Source of the DNA: Mobula hypostoma
Taxonomy: Eukaryota
NCBI RefSeq assembly: GCF_963921235.1
Contig: NC_086097.1
Span: forward strand, 83,702,001-83,766,000
Reading direction: 5' to 3'
DNA length: 64,000 nt
The notes below the pieces were generated by a model, which saw only the letters and a program-made list of their open reading frames with translations, had not been told where the DNA came from and searched no databases. Of this stretch, positions 37,511 through 50,989 are shown in pieces. Each line of letters starts with the position of its first letter. The first letter of the stretch is position 1. The position numbers and the translations under genes are program-made.

Positions 37511-40500
37511 AATGTGAGTACGCCAGTTAAAGTCGTCTGCTGTGTGTGCTTTTATTTATGTAAGGGTCTTTGCCCCGCTGACCCCCTGTTGCCTAGGGTG
37601 AATAGCCGTCAACCCCGCCAACAGCTTTGGTGCGGATAAGGTGTGAATCGCCCAATGATCAGCCACGACACAAATATGAAACAATATACAAAGTGCGAGT
37701 AAATAATTATACTTTATAGCAAATTTTTGGTGTTGGGTTAGTAGAAACAACTACAAGAAATGGCGCCACATAAGTAACTTACCAGTCTTGTGCACATAAT
37801 ATTTTAATCGCCTCCGATTCCATCCACAACGTCCTTCCAAGACTCTGGCCACCCTCTGAACCCCCAAGGTTCGGTGTCCGCCGCCCAGGAACCCCGTCTG
37901 TTCCTCACACGTCCGTCCTCTCTGCTCACCTCCTGAAAAAGCCCCCGCTCCTCAACTCAGCACACGTACAGGATAACAGAACATGACTTCCGTTGGCTAA
38001 CAAATGAATACAATTTCCATTATCTCCCTGTATAACCCAAACATTGCAGTTACAGAGAACCCCTTGCTTAGCAGTTAACATTACGAGAAGCCATTTTAAT
38101 ATAACAGTTCAGAGAAGCCATTTTGGTAATAAGTGATCAACAGTTAACAGTGCACCTAGTATACTGAGAGCCCTACATTTAATTGATATGTAGTTGTGTA
38201 CAGACACAACACAGAGTAATACAAGGAAAAATGTGCAACGACTGATTGCAAACTGGAATTTTGTACAACACCAATGAGATTGCCCTCAAGATATTCAATG
38301 TAACTGGATGGAAATAGATGCATTTATAAGAGACTTCAGCAAACAGTTGTGGTAGAAACCCAGCATGACTGTGAACTTCAGCCACAGCACTGTACCCCAA
38401 CTACCTGTTGATGTAGCTGAAGGGCAATATTTTCCATATTTCTTTGTGATGTAGAAGAAGGCCATTTGGCCAGTGAACAGAGCAATTAATTTGTAAGGCA
38501 ACACAAAGATGGTAGCTGAATAGGCTGCTCGGAGAGAGCCAACTTGGAGTCGATTTTGCAAATGCGCATTTCCGGTCTTGTAATGATCCTCTGTTCAGAG
38601 TGAAACATCCCGAACTTTTCCAACCTCTTTCTGAAAGTGTCGAGAGTATTCAATCCTGACTTACTCAGTCCATTACTCCTGGATATTTGTAGTTTAAACA
38701 GAGAAGTGAAATTCAAGATTCATCACTTCTGAAGTATTAAGGAGAATTGATTCTCGAGTCCGAGCTGACTGTGAAGCTAACTGTTATGAGACTCCCTCCC
38801 CGAGGGAATCGGCTTCTGGATTTTGGGCTGCATTTGCATTCCAGGCTAAACTTTATGAATCTCTGCCTGTGTTGAAGTTGAAGACAATCACGGACAACCC
38901 ACAAATTGTGGGCAAGGACGTGAAAAACCTACCTTTGTACCTGCAGGGTTGGCATGAAGCCAAGTTTCTGTCCTGCTCCGTGTGAGTTGCATTCTGTTTG
39001 TAGGTTTTGGCCCAAACCTGGGGAGTCAGTGAGAGACTGACGGCTATTCAGCTTTGGTCCTGAAGCAGCTAAATGTGTGGTGCTGGGAAAAGCTGACTGG
39101 TATCAATCTTTTTAACAAATGGGGTTCTGTCCAATGTTTGCATTAAACCACTGTAGTCTAGGACAAATAATTAATTGTTATGGAAGCAATTTGGGGCAAT
39201 TTAGCAGAATGTTATGTATAAACAAGATAGCAAATATTTCTTTATCTGAGTGTTTTTTCCCTCTCCTATCTTCTCCTGATCTAGTACAGAAATTGGAGGA
39301 GTTACATTTATGAAGTGTGTGTGTGTGTGTGTTTGGAATTGTGTGTCTGAAGGTGGCTGCAAGGCAGCCAGAAAGCTGAGTTTTATTTTAAACTCTTGTT
39401 TGCAATTCCACATCATCATAAACTGAAAGGCTTTGGTTGTCTGGTTCCAACTTTGTGCTTCCTACGTATGCTGGTATTTCAAAACACAAATGATTGCTTG
39501 CATTGTGGAGTTGGCAGAGATTTTTTTTAGAGTTTTCTTTTAAGGAAAAATTGAAAAATGATATGATCCTTCAAGAGCTAAGCAGTATAATTTTAAAGTT
39601 CAAAAGTTCAAAGTAAATTTATTACCAAAGTACAGATATGCCACCATATATAACCTTGAGTTTCCATTTCCAAATATTAATGTAAAAAATATGGTTAGTT
39701 CAGACCATCTTAATTCGAAGAACATATCGAAGAAATGAGATGAATTTAAAAGTGCACTCAATGGCAGAGATTTCACTTTAGTGCCTCTGATACTTTTTTT
39801 CTGTCAGGAGATCTGGTCATATGTTCCTTGGGTGCATCTTAGCTGCTGGCAGGGTAGCTAGGTCTACATGAAGCAGCCTGAATCATACAACTATGCACAA
39901 CAGTGCAAGAAGCTGTGCTACAGGCTATTCACTTCATACCTGCCCCCTTCTCTTGTTGCCAAGATCCAAAAGAATCTTCTATAACTTCTAGAGCAAGTGG
40001 AAGCACCAGATTTCTGTGGTACTGAGCTTCCTGACAGAGGAGGACTACCTGTCGATGGTATACTCATAAGCTGTTCCTGATTCTTCACCTGCATATCCTG
40101 AAGAGAGACATGTACACATGCTCCCTGATGGCATGTGCATGACCTTTCGACGAGAGGGACCACCATCAGGATGTCCTGAGTTCCACAGTTCTCACGGGGA
40201 GTTAACTGTCTTCTATTAGGACCCATTCAAGAGTATGGGACACACTCAGCTTTAGTTGGGTTGGTCCCCAACTGCAGAAGAAGGCATGCTGGCTATTGTG
40301 GCTGGACATGGGGACAGACCAAGTTGGAGAAGAGAAAGCCACTCACCACTGGGGCTTGTATCTGAAGACTTCAGGGATCCTATCAAAGTGTATGGTTTGG
40401 GTTCTGTGTCCCAACCCAGCTAACTGCACTGGGCTGTAATTATTAGTAAGTCACGTGCCCTTTGCATGCTGTTCTGACTCTCAGCAATGCTTTCCATTCC

Positions 40501-41499
40501 AGTCCACCACCCACATCAAGGGATCTCCCAATATGCTCTCCACTTCCTTACCTTTGTCTGCCGTCTGGACGTGTCATTGTGCTCTACTTTGCGTCTGACG
40601 TCAAGGGAGTCCTTTCTCTTTACATACAGTCTCATGCAGGGTTTTTAAGCTTGCTTGTGGTCTCCCAGGCACCCCACTTCCCGGAATGAGTATGCGTTCC
40701 ATGTCCGTACGGAGCAAGCAAGTCTGTAGCCCGTCTTTGATTAACTGCAGGGGCCATTCCTTAGGTTCTAGTTGCACATCAGTTCTGGTTTCCCTATCTT
40801 TGGACCACCTCTACAGTTTGGTTCTGCGCCTGGACAAGATGATGCAAACACTGGGCCCTCAGAGATTCAGTCCAAGCTGGTTGACTGTCCCATTTCGAAG
40901 GTTTGTTTCATGCTGGGGTGTTCCTGGTAAAGAAACTTGCTATGTCTGCTGTCTTGCTGGATGGTTTCCAAGACCACTGTGGACCACAATGGCTGGACTG
41001 CATCCTAGACAAGGAGGATAACATTTCTATTTAGGTCTAGTTGATGTTCCAAAGAAGTTATTTTAAAACAAACAGACAAGAAACATGTAATAGTCACCTG
41101 GGGATGAACTTCAAAAATAAAAGGAAGGAGAAAGCTTTGGTCACCAGCTGACATTTATAAAGCTTTTCTTGGACTGTCTTAGCCTGTCTGTCTAAGCCGG
41201 AGATAAGAGTTTCTCATTAATCCCAAGCCAACTGAGCAACTGAAACTTCCTCCTCCAGTTCTGTAGGAAATGTGTGCTTGAGTCAAAGTTTCCATTTACT
41301 TTTGAGAGTTTGAATTCTGAGATTTTTATAAGTCTAATAAGCCAAATCCAATTGTCCTTGATTTGTGCAGATATTGATTTGTTGCAAGATGACACTGGTG
41401 AACCATGGCAACATTCTGTGGGTTACGTACAATACTTCTAAAGATACGGATTATCCTCACTGCAGTCTGCAGCATGTGATTTTTCTTTCAGCAATTTGA

Positions 41500-44400
41500 C
41501 AAAGGTACATTGCCATGGCCAGAAGTGAGGCAAGAGGGGGATTTCTAAGCCAGGCTGAAACACAGAGAAATGAGACCCCCCCCTCTATCCAGCATTTTGT
41601 TAGCATATGTACAGTCGCTGGAGAACAAAATTGAACACCTGAGGGCAGGATTTGCGTATCAAAAGAAAACAAGAAATTGTGGTGTTCTGTGTTTTACTGA
41701 GACATGGCTTGCTTATTGTACACCAGATACAGCGATCAGGCTCAAAGACTTCACAATACACACAAGGGACCTGATTCAAAAAAGGCAAGTTTGTGTGTGT
41801 TTCACGACAAACTGTCTACAGTGCTCTGTTGTGGCAGTTTTGTCAAACTCATGTTCCCCCAACATTGAACACCTAATGATCAAATGCTGTCTGTTCTCTT
41901 TACCAAGGGACTTCTCCTTCGTGATCCCGACTGCAGTTTGAATACCACCAGCAGCCGACAATAATTAAGTGTTTGCAATACTCCAAACAGGTGCCATGTC
42001 CAAACAAGAAACAGTCCATCCTGATGCATTTCAAATCATAGTCAAGGATTGCAACCAGGCTTGATTGAAGAAAACCCTGCCCAATTACCATCAGCATATA
42101 ACCTGTAGCACCAGGGGTCCCAACACACTAGACCACTCTTATACTAAAATAAGGAATGTCTACTGTTCAATACCCAGACCACACTAAGGGAAATCTGATC
42201 TCTTGGCAGTTCTTCTTAAACCTGCATACAGGCAGAAACTAAAGAGCAAGGCTCCAGAGATTAGGACAACAAAGAGGCGGTCATGGGAGGCAGAGGAGTG
42301 GCTATAGGATTGGACTGTGTTCAACGATTCATCTGTGGAGCTGAATGATTACACTATGGTTGTCAAAGACTTTATAAAAACAGTTCTAGACAAGTGCGTC
42401 TACACAAAGTCATCTGAGTCTTCCCCAACTAGAAGCCCTGGCGGAACCATGAGAAATGCAATCTACTGAGGGCCAAATCAGAGGCATTCAAGTCTGGCAA
42501 CCGAGAAAGTTGCAAGAGGTCCAGGTACGGTCTTCAGAAAGCAACTCCAGATTAAACTTGAATCAATGAAGGATGCTCAACAGGGCTTGAATACTCTCAC
42601 TTCTAATGAAGGTAAATCAAGTGACATCAGACCATCATGAACTCTCACAGCCCACGATGATCCTATGATTTCGGTCTCTGAGGCCGATGTGGGAGTATCC
42701 TCCAGAAGGATGAACCCACAGGTAGCATCTGACCCAGATGGGCTACCTGGCCGAGTACTAAAGATCTTTGCTGATAGACTGGCTGGTGTGTCCACTGAAA
42801 TCTTTAACCTTTCACTTCGACAGTCTGAGGTACCCAACTGCTTCAAGCAGACTTAAGTTATACCGATGCCTAAGAAGAACATGGTAGCCTGCCTCAATGA
42901 CTATCATCCAGTAGCACTTACATCCACAGTGAGAGAGGTTGGTGATGAAACATATCAACTCCTACCCGAGAAGCAACTTGAATTTCAATCTGCCTACCAG
43001 CACAACAGGTTCACAGCAGGTGCTCTTCACCCAACCCTGGAACAACTGGACAGCAAAGATGCATACATCAGGATGCTCTTTTTTGACGATGGCTTGACAT
43101 TCAACACTACCATCATCCTCAAAACTAATCAGTAAGTTTTAAAGACCTTGGCCGCAATACCTCCTTGTGCAATTGGATCCTCAGTTTCCTCACTTGTAGA
43201 CATCAGTCAGTTCAGATGGGCAACAACATCTCCGCAATCTCCATCAGCACAGGTGCACCACAAGGCTGTGTGCTTAGCCCCCTGACGTGCTTGCTTTGCA
43301 CCTATAACTGTGTGGCTAAGCATAACTCCAATGCCAGGTTTAAGTTTGCTGATGACACCACTGTTGTAGGGTGAATTGAAAGTGGTGATGAATCAGCATG
43401 TAGGAGGGAGATTGAAAATCTGGCTGAGTGGTGCAATAACACAACCTCTCACTCAATGTCAGCAAGATCAAGGAGCTGATTACTGACCTGAGGAGGAGGA
43501 AACCAGAAGTCCATAAGCCAGTCGTCATCGGGGGACCAGAGGTGGAAAGGGTCAGCAACTTTAAATTCCTCTGTGTTATAATTTCAGAGGACCTGCCTGG
43601 GCCCAGCACACAAGTACAGTTACGAAGAAAGCATGGTGGTGCCTCTATTTCCTCAGGAGATTGCAATGATTCTATGTGACATCTAAAACTTTGACCACCT
43701 TTCAGATGTGTAGTGGAGTGTATCGACTCTCTGTACCATAGCCTGGTATAGAACCACCAATGCCCTTGAAAGGAAAATCCTACAAAATGTGGTGGATGCA
43801 GCCTAGTCCATCATGGGTAAAACACTCCTTGCTGTGAACACATCTGCATGGAGTGTTAGCGCAGGAAAGCAGCACCCATCATCTAAGACCCCCGCCACCC
43901 AGGTCCTCCTCGCTTCTCGCTGCTGCCATCAGGAAGAAGATATAGGAACTTCGGGACTCACACAGGTTCAGGAACAGTTATTACCTCTCATTCATCTGGC
44001 TCTTGAACCAAAGGGGATAACTTCACTTGCCCCAGCATTGAAATCGCCAGCCCGAGCTACCTGCCAACCTAGTCATCATATGGGAGCCCAAGCATGGGAG
44101 GATGAACCCTGGGTGCCCTCCTAAGACTATGGTCAACACGCTTCTAGAAGACAGCGGCACGGCTAATGTAGATGAACTGAACACACTGATGAGGGAGAGG
44201 GAGAAGTGGAGTGTCAGTCATCATGCCGGACGCCGGCCCCCTAGGCCTGAGTCGACGTAGTAGTAGTAGTAGTAGTAGCAGCATTGAAATGTTCCCACAA
44301 CCTATAGACTCATACCATATCAAGTCCTCAATATTCATTGCTTATTTATTATTATTATTATTTCTTTCCTTTTGTATTTGCGCAGTTTTTTGTCTTTTGC

Positions 44401-44546
44401 ACATTGGTTGTCTGCCCAGTTGGTGCAGTCTTTCATTGATTCTATTTTGGTTATTGGATTTATTGAGTATGCTGACAAGAAAATGAATCTCAGTGGAGTA
44501 TATGGTGACATATATGTACTTTGATAATAAACTTACTTCGAACTTT
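41500..44546 (+). mobile_element. Near full-length decayed Rex1/Babar-type LINE
   Basis: Endonuclease [50 protein letters not shown]. 3' end ...TGATAATAAACTTACTTCGAACTTT. Interrupted by the RTE insert. Confidence 0.88.
44045..44278 (+). mobile_element. 5'-truncated RTE-clade LINE 3' end with (TAG)7 tail
   Basis: 12-bp TSD CAGCATTGAAAT (44033-44 and 44279-90). Open 71-codon frame RQPELPANLVIIWEPKHGRMNPGCPPKTMVNTLLED...MREREKW, typical of the RTE ORF C-terminus. Confidence 0.8.
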
Positions 44547-44648
44547 CAGCCATTGAAAATGATTCAGGAGGGCTATTTTGTTGGTAAATGATTTCCTGAA
44601 GTGTATGGGATTTAGCAAGCAGTGTAAATGCTGTGTAATGAAGCACCG

Positions 44649-44880
44649 GTGTTGGGCACATCGCCAAGTGGTTAAGGCGTTCATCTAGTGATCTAAAGGT
44701 CACTAGTTCGAGCCTTAGCCGTGACAGTGTGTTTGTGTCCTTGAGCAAGGCACTTAACCACACATTGCTCTATGTCTGTGTGAGGAGTGGCGCCCCACAC
44801 AGACTTCCAGTCTGCGCCTTGTAAGGCATGAAAATGCCCGACGCAGGCCTCCCATGGTCTGAGTCAACGTTCTCTCCCTC
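44649..44880 (+). mobile_element. tRNA-headed SINE (tail type B)
   Basis: First ~120 nt match 27661-27781 (A box, GTTCGAGCC B box, ...CACATTGCTCT). The 3' part differs and resembles the RTE end at 44223-44258. Confidence 0.85.
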
Positions 44881-45094
44881 CCAGACACAGATGTTTAACT
44901 TGCCTGCCCTCCTCCAGTTTCATAGTGTGTGAATGAGTGAAAGTTATTGAGGCAGAATTTGTAACTAGGATATATCGCCCTCTTTTCTTCCTCTTGACTG
45001 AGTGACTTCCCAATTTCGATCTTTACCTTAAATATTTATGCTTAGTCATTTCACTGACCTATGTCCTAATCTTCTCCAGCTGTATAAATCCGTA

Positions 45095-45600
45095 ACCCAT
45101 ATTCATAATTGTCCTTCAATGTTGTACCTTTACTCCCACTGTCTCAAGCCTACCATGCCATTCCATATGATCATGGCTGATCTGCCCAAGGTCTTTTCTG
45201 TGCCACTCCCCAATTCCTGACATCCCCAAAAATTTATCTGCTTTCTCCTTTAATGTTCCCAATGGTCTAGCCCCTGCAGCCCACTGGGGAAAAGAATTCC
45301 AGTGATTTACCCTCTTCAGCAAGAAGAAGCTCCTATGATCACCCTGTCATCATTTAACTGTGTTCCCTTGTTTGAGACTCTCCCACTAGTGACAATATTT
45401 CAATATCTAGCACTATCATGCTTACTTAAGATCTCCCTGGGTTTCAAGGAGATCATCCCATATACTTTTAAACTCTAAAGAATACATACCCAACTTACTT
45501 AGCCATTTATGATAGGACAACCTTCTCGTCCCATGTATTAGCCTGACTTTCAGTCTGCCTTCAATGTTAAGATATTCTTTCTTAAATAATACAATCGAAG
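45095..45600 (-). mobile_element. Old CR1 3' fragment
   Basis: RVNHWNSFPQ; LSKLGMYSLEFK...DLLET; 3' UTR cagatcagccatgatc. Confidence 0.7.
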
Positions 45601-47051
45601 TGGGGCACTGTGCTCTCAAATGAACATGAGCAGAGATGATCCTATTTCTGACATTGTTATCCTTGCATCCGATATCTCTGCCGAAGCTCTGGAATGGTTC
45701 CCCAAAGCTGCAGGTTAGTGTTAAGCACTAGTCATCCCTTTGCACCCCCCCCCCTTGCAACTTCACCATCTCCACAGGCAATGACAGTTCTGAAATGGGC
45801 ATTGTCTCTTCAGTTGCTGTTGGTGCACGCCTCCCCTCTCCCACAAACCCATCTTGAGCTTGAACCTTCCTCTCATTTATTTTCTTGTTCCTCTTCTCCA
45901 GCTTTGTTCTTTTCAAGAGATTTACTTTCTGCTCCTTTACCCTGTTCTGCTCTGAAACCTAGTTTAATTTGAGGGCAAATGCCTTGATGGTGCTGTTCTC
46001 TCTGTGTACCAGTCCAGTCTTGTGTCTCACCATTCAGCAGCAATGGTGGTATACCTTGAACATTGCAAGGTTAGCTGTCTTTGCTACTGGATCATTTACC
46101 TTGTGCTGTGAATTACGCTGATTCAGCAAATGGAGTCTTGCGTTAAGGTACCTAATTGAAAACCTGATTTGGACTAGTTTGCCACAGATTGAAGGTACTT
46201 CATTTCAGAAACTTAATCCCCCAAGAGCTGCTTTATTCTTCAATTATGTTGAAGTTTAGCATTTAAATTGTCTTTTTTTTCTATTCCTATGGTAACAAAC
46301 CACTTAGATATCTTTGCATCTGAACATCAGCAAATTTCCTGTTACGGTGTTTATTGGCATAACAAAAATATGAAAATGCTGCTGCAGTCGACTAAACCTT
46401 GCACAGTTTTCTACAGCCCAGGAGGCAGTTCAGCCCATCGAGACGTGCGTGCTCCTTTTGAAGTGCAACCCAGCTGATTTCACACTCCACCTCTTTCCCC
46501 TTCATTTTTGCTTTTCTCTAAATAATCCCCCAGTTCACACACAAAATGCCCTGTGGAATTCCAGCATCTGCAGAATCTCTTGTGTTTTTCATTTATACAA
46601 ACTGTTTTTCAGAATGATTTCATCATTCCAAATCCTAATCCCCATTTTCCATTTAAAGTAGATCTGTTTATCTTCTGATTCTCACAGTTCTTTTCTCATG
46701 GCTTTAATTTGCACATCCTTATTATCAACCCTTCAGCCGCTGTTTCTCTTTAACTGTCTAAACATTCCATGATTTGAAACACCTTGTTTAAACCTCCAGT
46801 ACTTCTCTGATCTAGTGAATAACTTGAACAGCTCCATTTTATCTTCTGATGTAGTCCAAGTATGTCTTCCCATGTAACTGCTCTGCGCTTTTCCAAAGGC
46901 TTCAGGTCCTTCCCTAAAGGTGGAACACTAGCTGAAGCTGTCTTAAGCACATAGACTCTATCCCCAATTATAAAGCCCTGGATTTCTTAGATCCCTTCTA
47001 CAGTAAGAGCTGTGTTGTACACTGCCCTTTGCTCCTCCAAAAATTTGTGTA

Positions 47052-47684
47052 CAGTTGGCCCTCCTTATCTGCGAGGTATTGGTTCCGAGACCCCCTGCGG
47101 GTGCTCAAGTCCCTTATTTAACCTGGCTCAGTGCGGGTGGACTTTAGGACCCAGGGCAGCACAGGACCCACTGCCCGCAATGTTTCTGTTCCGTTGACTG
47201 ATAATACCTAATACAATGTAAATGCTATGTAAATAGTTGTTATACTGTATTGTTTGGGGAATAATGACAAGAAAAGAAGTCTGTACATGTTCAGTACAGA
47301 CGCAACCATTGTAGCTCTGCTGGGAACGCTGGTGCCGATCTTCTCATGATCTTTAAGTTCTTGAGGCTGTAACGCTTTACATAGCTAGCCAGCCATCCCA
47401 AGCACTAACACTTCCACGAACTTCAGCTTCTTTCTGCTTTATTGTGTGAATGCTTGATTCGTCCTGACCAACCTTACGGCCACTTCGGAACTCTTAGCCT
47501 TTGCTTTGACCACATAATTGCTTTTTAGGAGCTATTTTTTCACAGAAACAAAGTAGCGAACGAACGAGACGCGAGGCGATTAATGCTCGAACAACGAGTG
47601 CTGGAGAGAGAACTTCTGGGTTTTCCCGATTCGCGGTTGGTTAAATTTACGCATGCGGGACTTGCGGATAAGGAGGGCCGACTG
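47052..47684. mobile_element. Tigger-family MITE, MER2-like
   Basis: TA|CAGTTGGCCCTCCTTATCTGCGAG ... CTTGCGGATAAGGAGGGCCGACTG|TA; 21/24 TIR match. Confidence 0.88.
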
Positions 47685-49789
47685 TACGAGCCTTGTGTCA
47701 CAAAGACATAGTCACAGTGAAAATAAACGTGTTCTGTTCTGAACACTGGTGTTATTCCCACAGCAGAGTTCTATCAAAATTTGTGGGTCCTGCTTTGATT
47801 TCATCCATTCAAACATCCAAAGTACATTTATTATCAAAGTATGTATTCAGAATACAACTCTGAGATTTGCCCTCCAGCAGGCAGTCACTAAACAAAGCAA
47901 CACCATGGAACCTGTTCCAGAAAACATCAAGCAGCCAATGCACGAGAAAAGAACAAATTGTGCAAATGGTAAAAAGTGAGCAAACAACATATGGAATATC
48001 AAACTTCAAGCCAGGAGTTCAGGAATGTTTAGTTTAGTTCCGCGGCGCATTATCAGCCCACAGCGTGCCACAGGGCCGTTCTTCACTGAAGCACCCTGGT
48101 CCGCATTGGTTGCGCTGATCAAACTGCTCAAAAACAGCACAAAAGAGAGTAACCAGGATCCAGAAACACATGCAACACGAACCTCAAAGGCCCCCAAAAT
48201 GAGTCTGCTGACTGGCTGATCAGTCATTGCAACGTGGATCCCAAGAGTATTGCACTTGCCTTTGATGGCAGCTAAGGAGAAGGAGAGGAAGACCGGTCAA
48301 ATGTGGGCAAACAATGCTGTCCTCCGCTCTCATCCTCGTCGATTTCACCCTTGCTCTGACCCTCAGTCGCAGTGGAGTCAGGCACGGGATTTCACCCCTT
48401 TTCCCGGCATCCAGGCTGCGCACTCAGCTTCACTGCTCCCCACACTCTCTCAGAGACAATAAAGCACCAGATTGTTTATCGGCCCAAAGCCACACCATCA
48501 TATTGTAAACCATAGGTTCCAATCGTACGCAGCTTAGTCATAGAGTGGTACTTGAAAGAAGAAGTAAAAGAAGTAGTTTTGTGAACTGTCCACAGGACGT
48601 TGCTGTTCATTGCATTGTTTGCTGGCGCCGCCTTGAACCAATGAGCACCATCTCTAGTCTCTGCTTCCCCCGGTCATTGAACCTGTGGTATTTCCTTACT
48701 CTCATGCTTGTCCCTGAAGTTTGATATGGAGTCACGTTTAACAGTAGAGCACAGGAACAAGCCCTTCAACCCATCATGTCTGTACTGACAATGGTGGAAG
48801 TCAGACTAATTCCCTCTACCTGTATATGATCTATTTCTCTCTATTCCCTGCCTGTTCATGTATTTAGCATCTGCTTCTCCATTTTCTCCTCCCTCATTTT
48901 TTTTTATCATTTCCTCGCCCAACCACCCATCTGCAACCTCCACCTTTCCCAGCAGTGCACTTTCTGTTTTCAAAATTTGTGGGTACTTTTTTTTTGTTTG
49001 AACTAGCAGCTGTGGTGATTTCCAGGCACCCGTTAACCACACTTTTCTGGCTTCGTGCCTAGACTGGCTCAAGCGAGCTGATGACACAGTCGGTTCATAT
49101 TCCCTTATAGAGTGTTGCCATTCTGATGAACACACAAAAAAAAAGATCGGCAGTCGACTACTGGACCCCTCAATACTGTTCTGCCATTCAATGCAATTGT
49201 GATTGAGCTGCTTCAGGCCTTAACTCCTCTCCTGTGCCGTTCCCCATAGCCCTCAGTTTTTTGGATTTTCAAAAATGTTTTCACTAATTTTCAGCCCCAT
49301 AAACCACCTCTGCTGTTTATTTATATACAGTAATGACGATATGAATTTCTCTTCACCTTTTATTCCATATCTCTTGCTGCTGTTACCTGACTAAACTCTT
49401 ATTACTGAAGTTGTCCCAGCATCCAGAGGGGAAGTCAGTTACCAAGTTCGATAGGCCTAATTGTTGTAAAAATGCCTCCTGATTTTTGCTTGGCTCTGAT
49501 TTCAACGTCGTATCCCTCACTGTGGATATTACACCATAGGAAAGAGATTTTTTTTGTATCAACCCTGAGGATTCTCTAATCTTTAAAACATTTCAGTTAG
49601 TCACTTGATTTGCCACCACCAGCTCAATGGCTGTGACTTTGTGTCCTGTTGATTTGACATATTGTTTTGTCACCACTAACCTGTACCTAAAATCCAAGCA
49701 AGCAGTTAGGAAGCATACTTGGCTGATCTGAGTAATTGGATTCAGTGTTACGGTGTTTGGAGGGGATTCTTGGTACTGCCCAAAATCCA

Positions 49790-50110
49790 GTCTGTTTTCT
49801 ACAAGATTCTAACATGACTGGACAGCTTAGATCCTGGAAGTATCTCCCCAAATGCTGGGGGATTTAGCAGTCTAAGGATAAGGGATAAGACTGAGATGAA
49901 GAGAAATTTCTTCTCATCAAGAGTGGTAAACATATGGATTCTCTAGCATAGAAAGCAATTGAAAATAAATCATTCAATATATTCAAAGAGAACTTAGATG
50001 CTTATTTATAAGGACTAGAGGGACCGGGGAAATAGGGTTGTGAATCTGGATGAAGAGCCATGATCATGTTGAATGTTGGAGCAAACTCCAATGGGCTACT
50101 ATTTTTGCTG
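49790..50110 (+). mobile_element. Old CR1 3' fragment
   Basis: gactgagatgaagagaaatttcttctc...agccatgatcatgttgaatg. Confidence 0.65.
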
Positions 50111-50989
50111 TGTATATGAAGTCAGCGATGTGGGCAGAACATGGGTTGAGGGAGCAAGGAGTTAAGACAATGAGCCTGCCACTCACATAGTGTATCAGTC
50201 CCTAATTTGGTACCATATTATTTGTCATATAAATATGAAGAGGAAGTTGATGTCTAGCGCTGTTTGAAACAGATAACAGAAAGTGGCATGCATTAAGAAC
50301 CTGTTGTAGCTGAGGCACACAGATAATGCAGTAGCTTTATTCTGAAAGATAAAGCCTATAGCTGCCTCTACAGAAAATTTATGGTGACCATGCAATTTTA
50401 TTGCAGGATCTGACTTTGTGTTACTAGATGAATATTTATTTATTTATCAAGGAAATGAATAATGCTGAGAAAATATGATACCACTATCTCTAAGTGGTTC
50501 ATAAGTGGTTGACAGGTTTCTCTTGTAATTTCATCCCAGTGTTTTTTTTTGTACCCAAAGGCCAAGAGATTGTGGAAGGGTCCAGTGTTCAGGAGCAGTG
50601 AAACAGAATATTTAAATGAACAATAGGGCAGGCTTTCTCCTGAGGAAAGGCAAGATGTTTATTAGCAAAGAATCACCAGCAGCCTGCAAACTTGCACTGG
50701 AGTGGCCCCTGTTTTGAAATGTAATTGAGGACAAGGGAGTTTTCTTTCTGCAGAAATAGGGGAGGAAACAAGCGACATGATCCAAAAAGTCCTGCCTTTC
50801 GCTGGAATGAAAAGCAGAATGGACTTATCCAGTTCTTACAATTCGGTGGTAACTCTTGCAGGGCATGCCAAACTCTTTTTTGCATGATGGAAACCTCTCA
50901 AATATTTTACCAGATTAAAGGAAATCCCATGTAATAAAATTGGAATGTACTCATTTAGTCGCCAGAGACCATTGTTGTTGAGCCTTAAA

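Noticed and set aside
37014..37639. Four long ORFs (157-197 aa) rich in L/S/P or G/E/R
   Set aside because: Artefacts of the stop-free C/T tract; no domain content.
37513..38155. Possible solo LTR (TG start, CpG-richer, internal GAGAAGCCATTTT repeats)
   Set aside because: No convincing TSD, second copy or defined end could be identified.
39083..39100. TGGGAAAAG (WEK) as a possible actinin exon 1 end
   Set aside because: Flanking residues do not match DPAWEKQQRK and no suitable donor follows.
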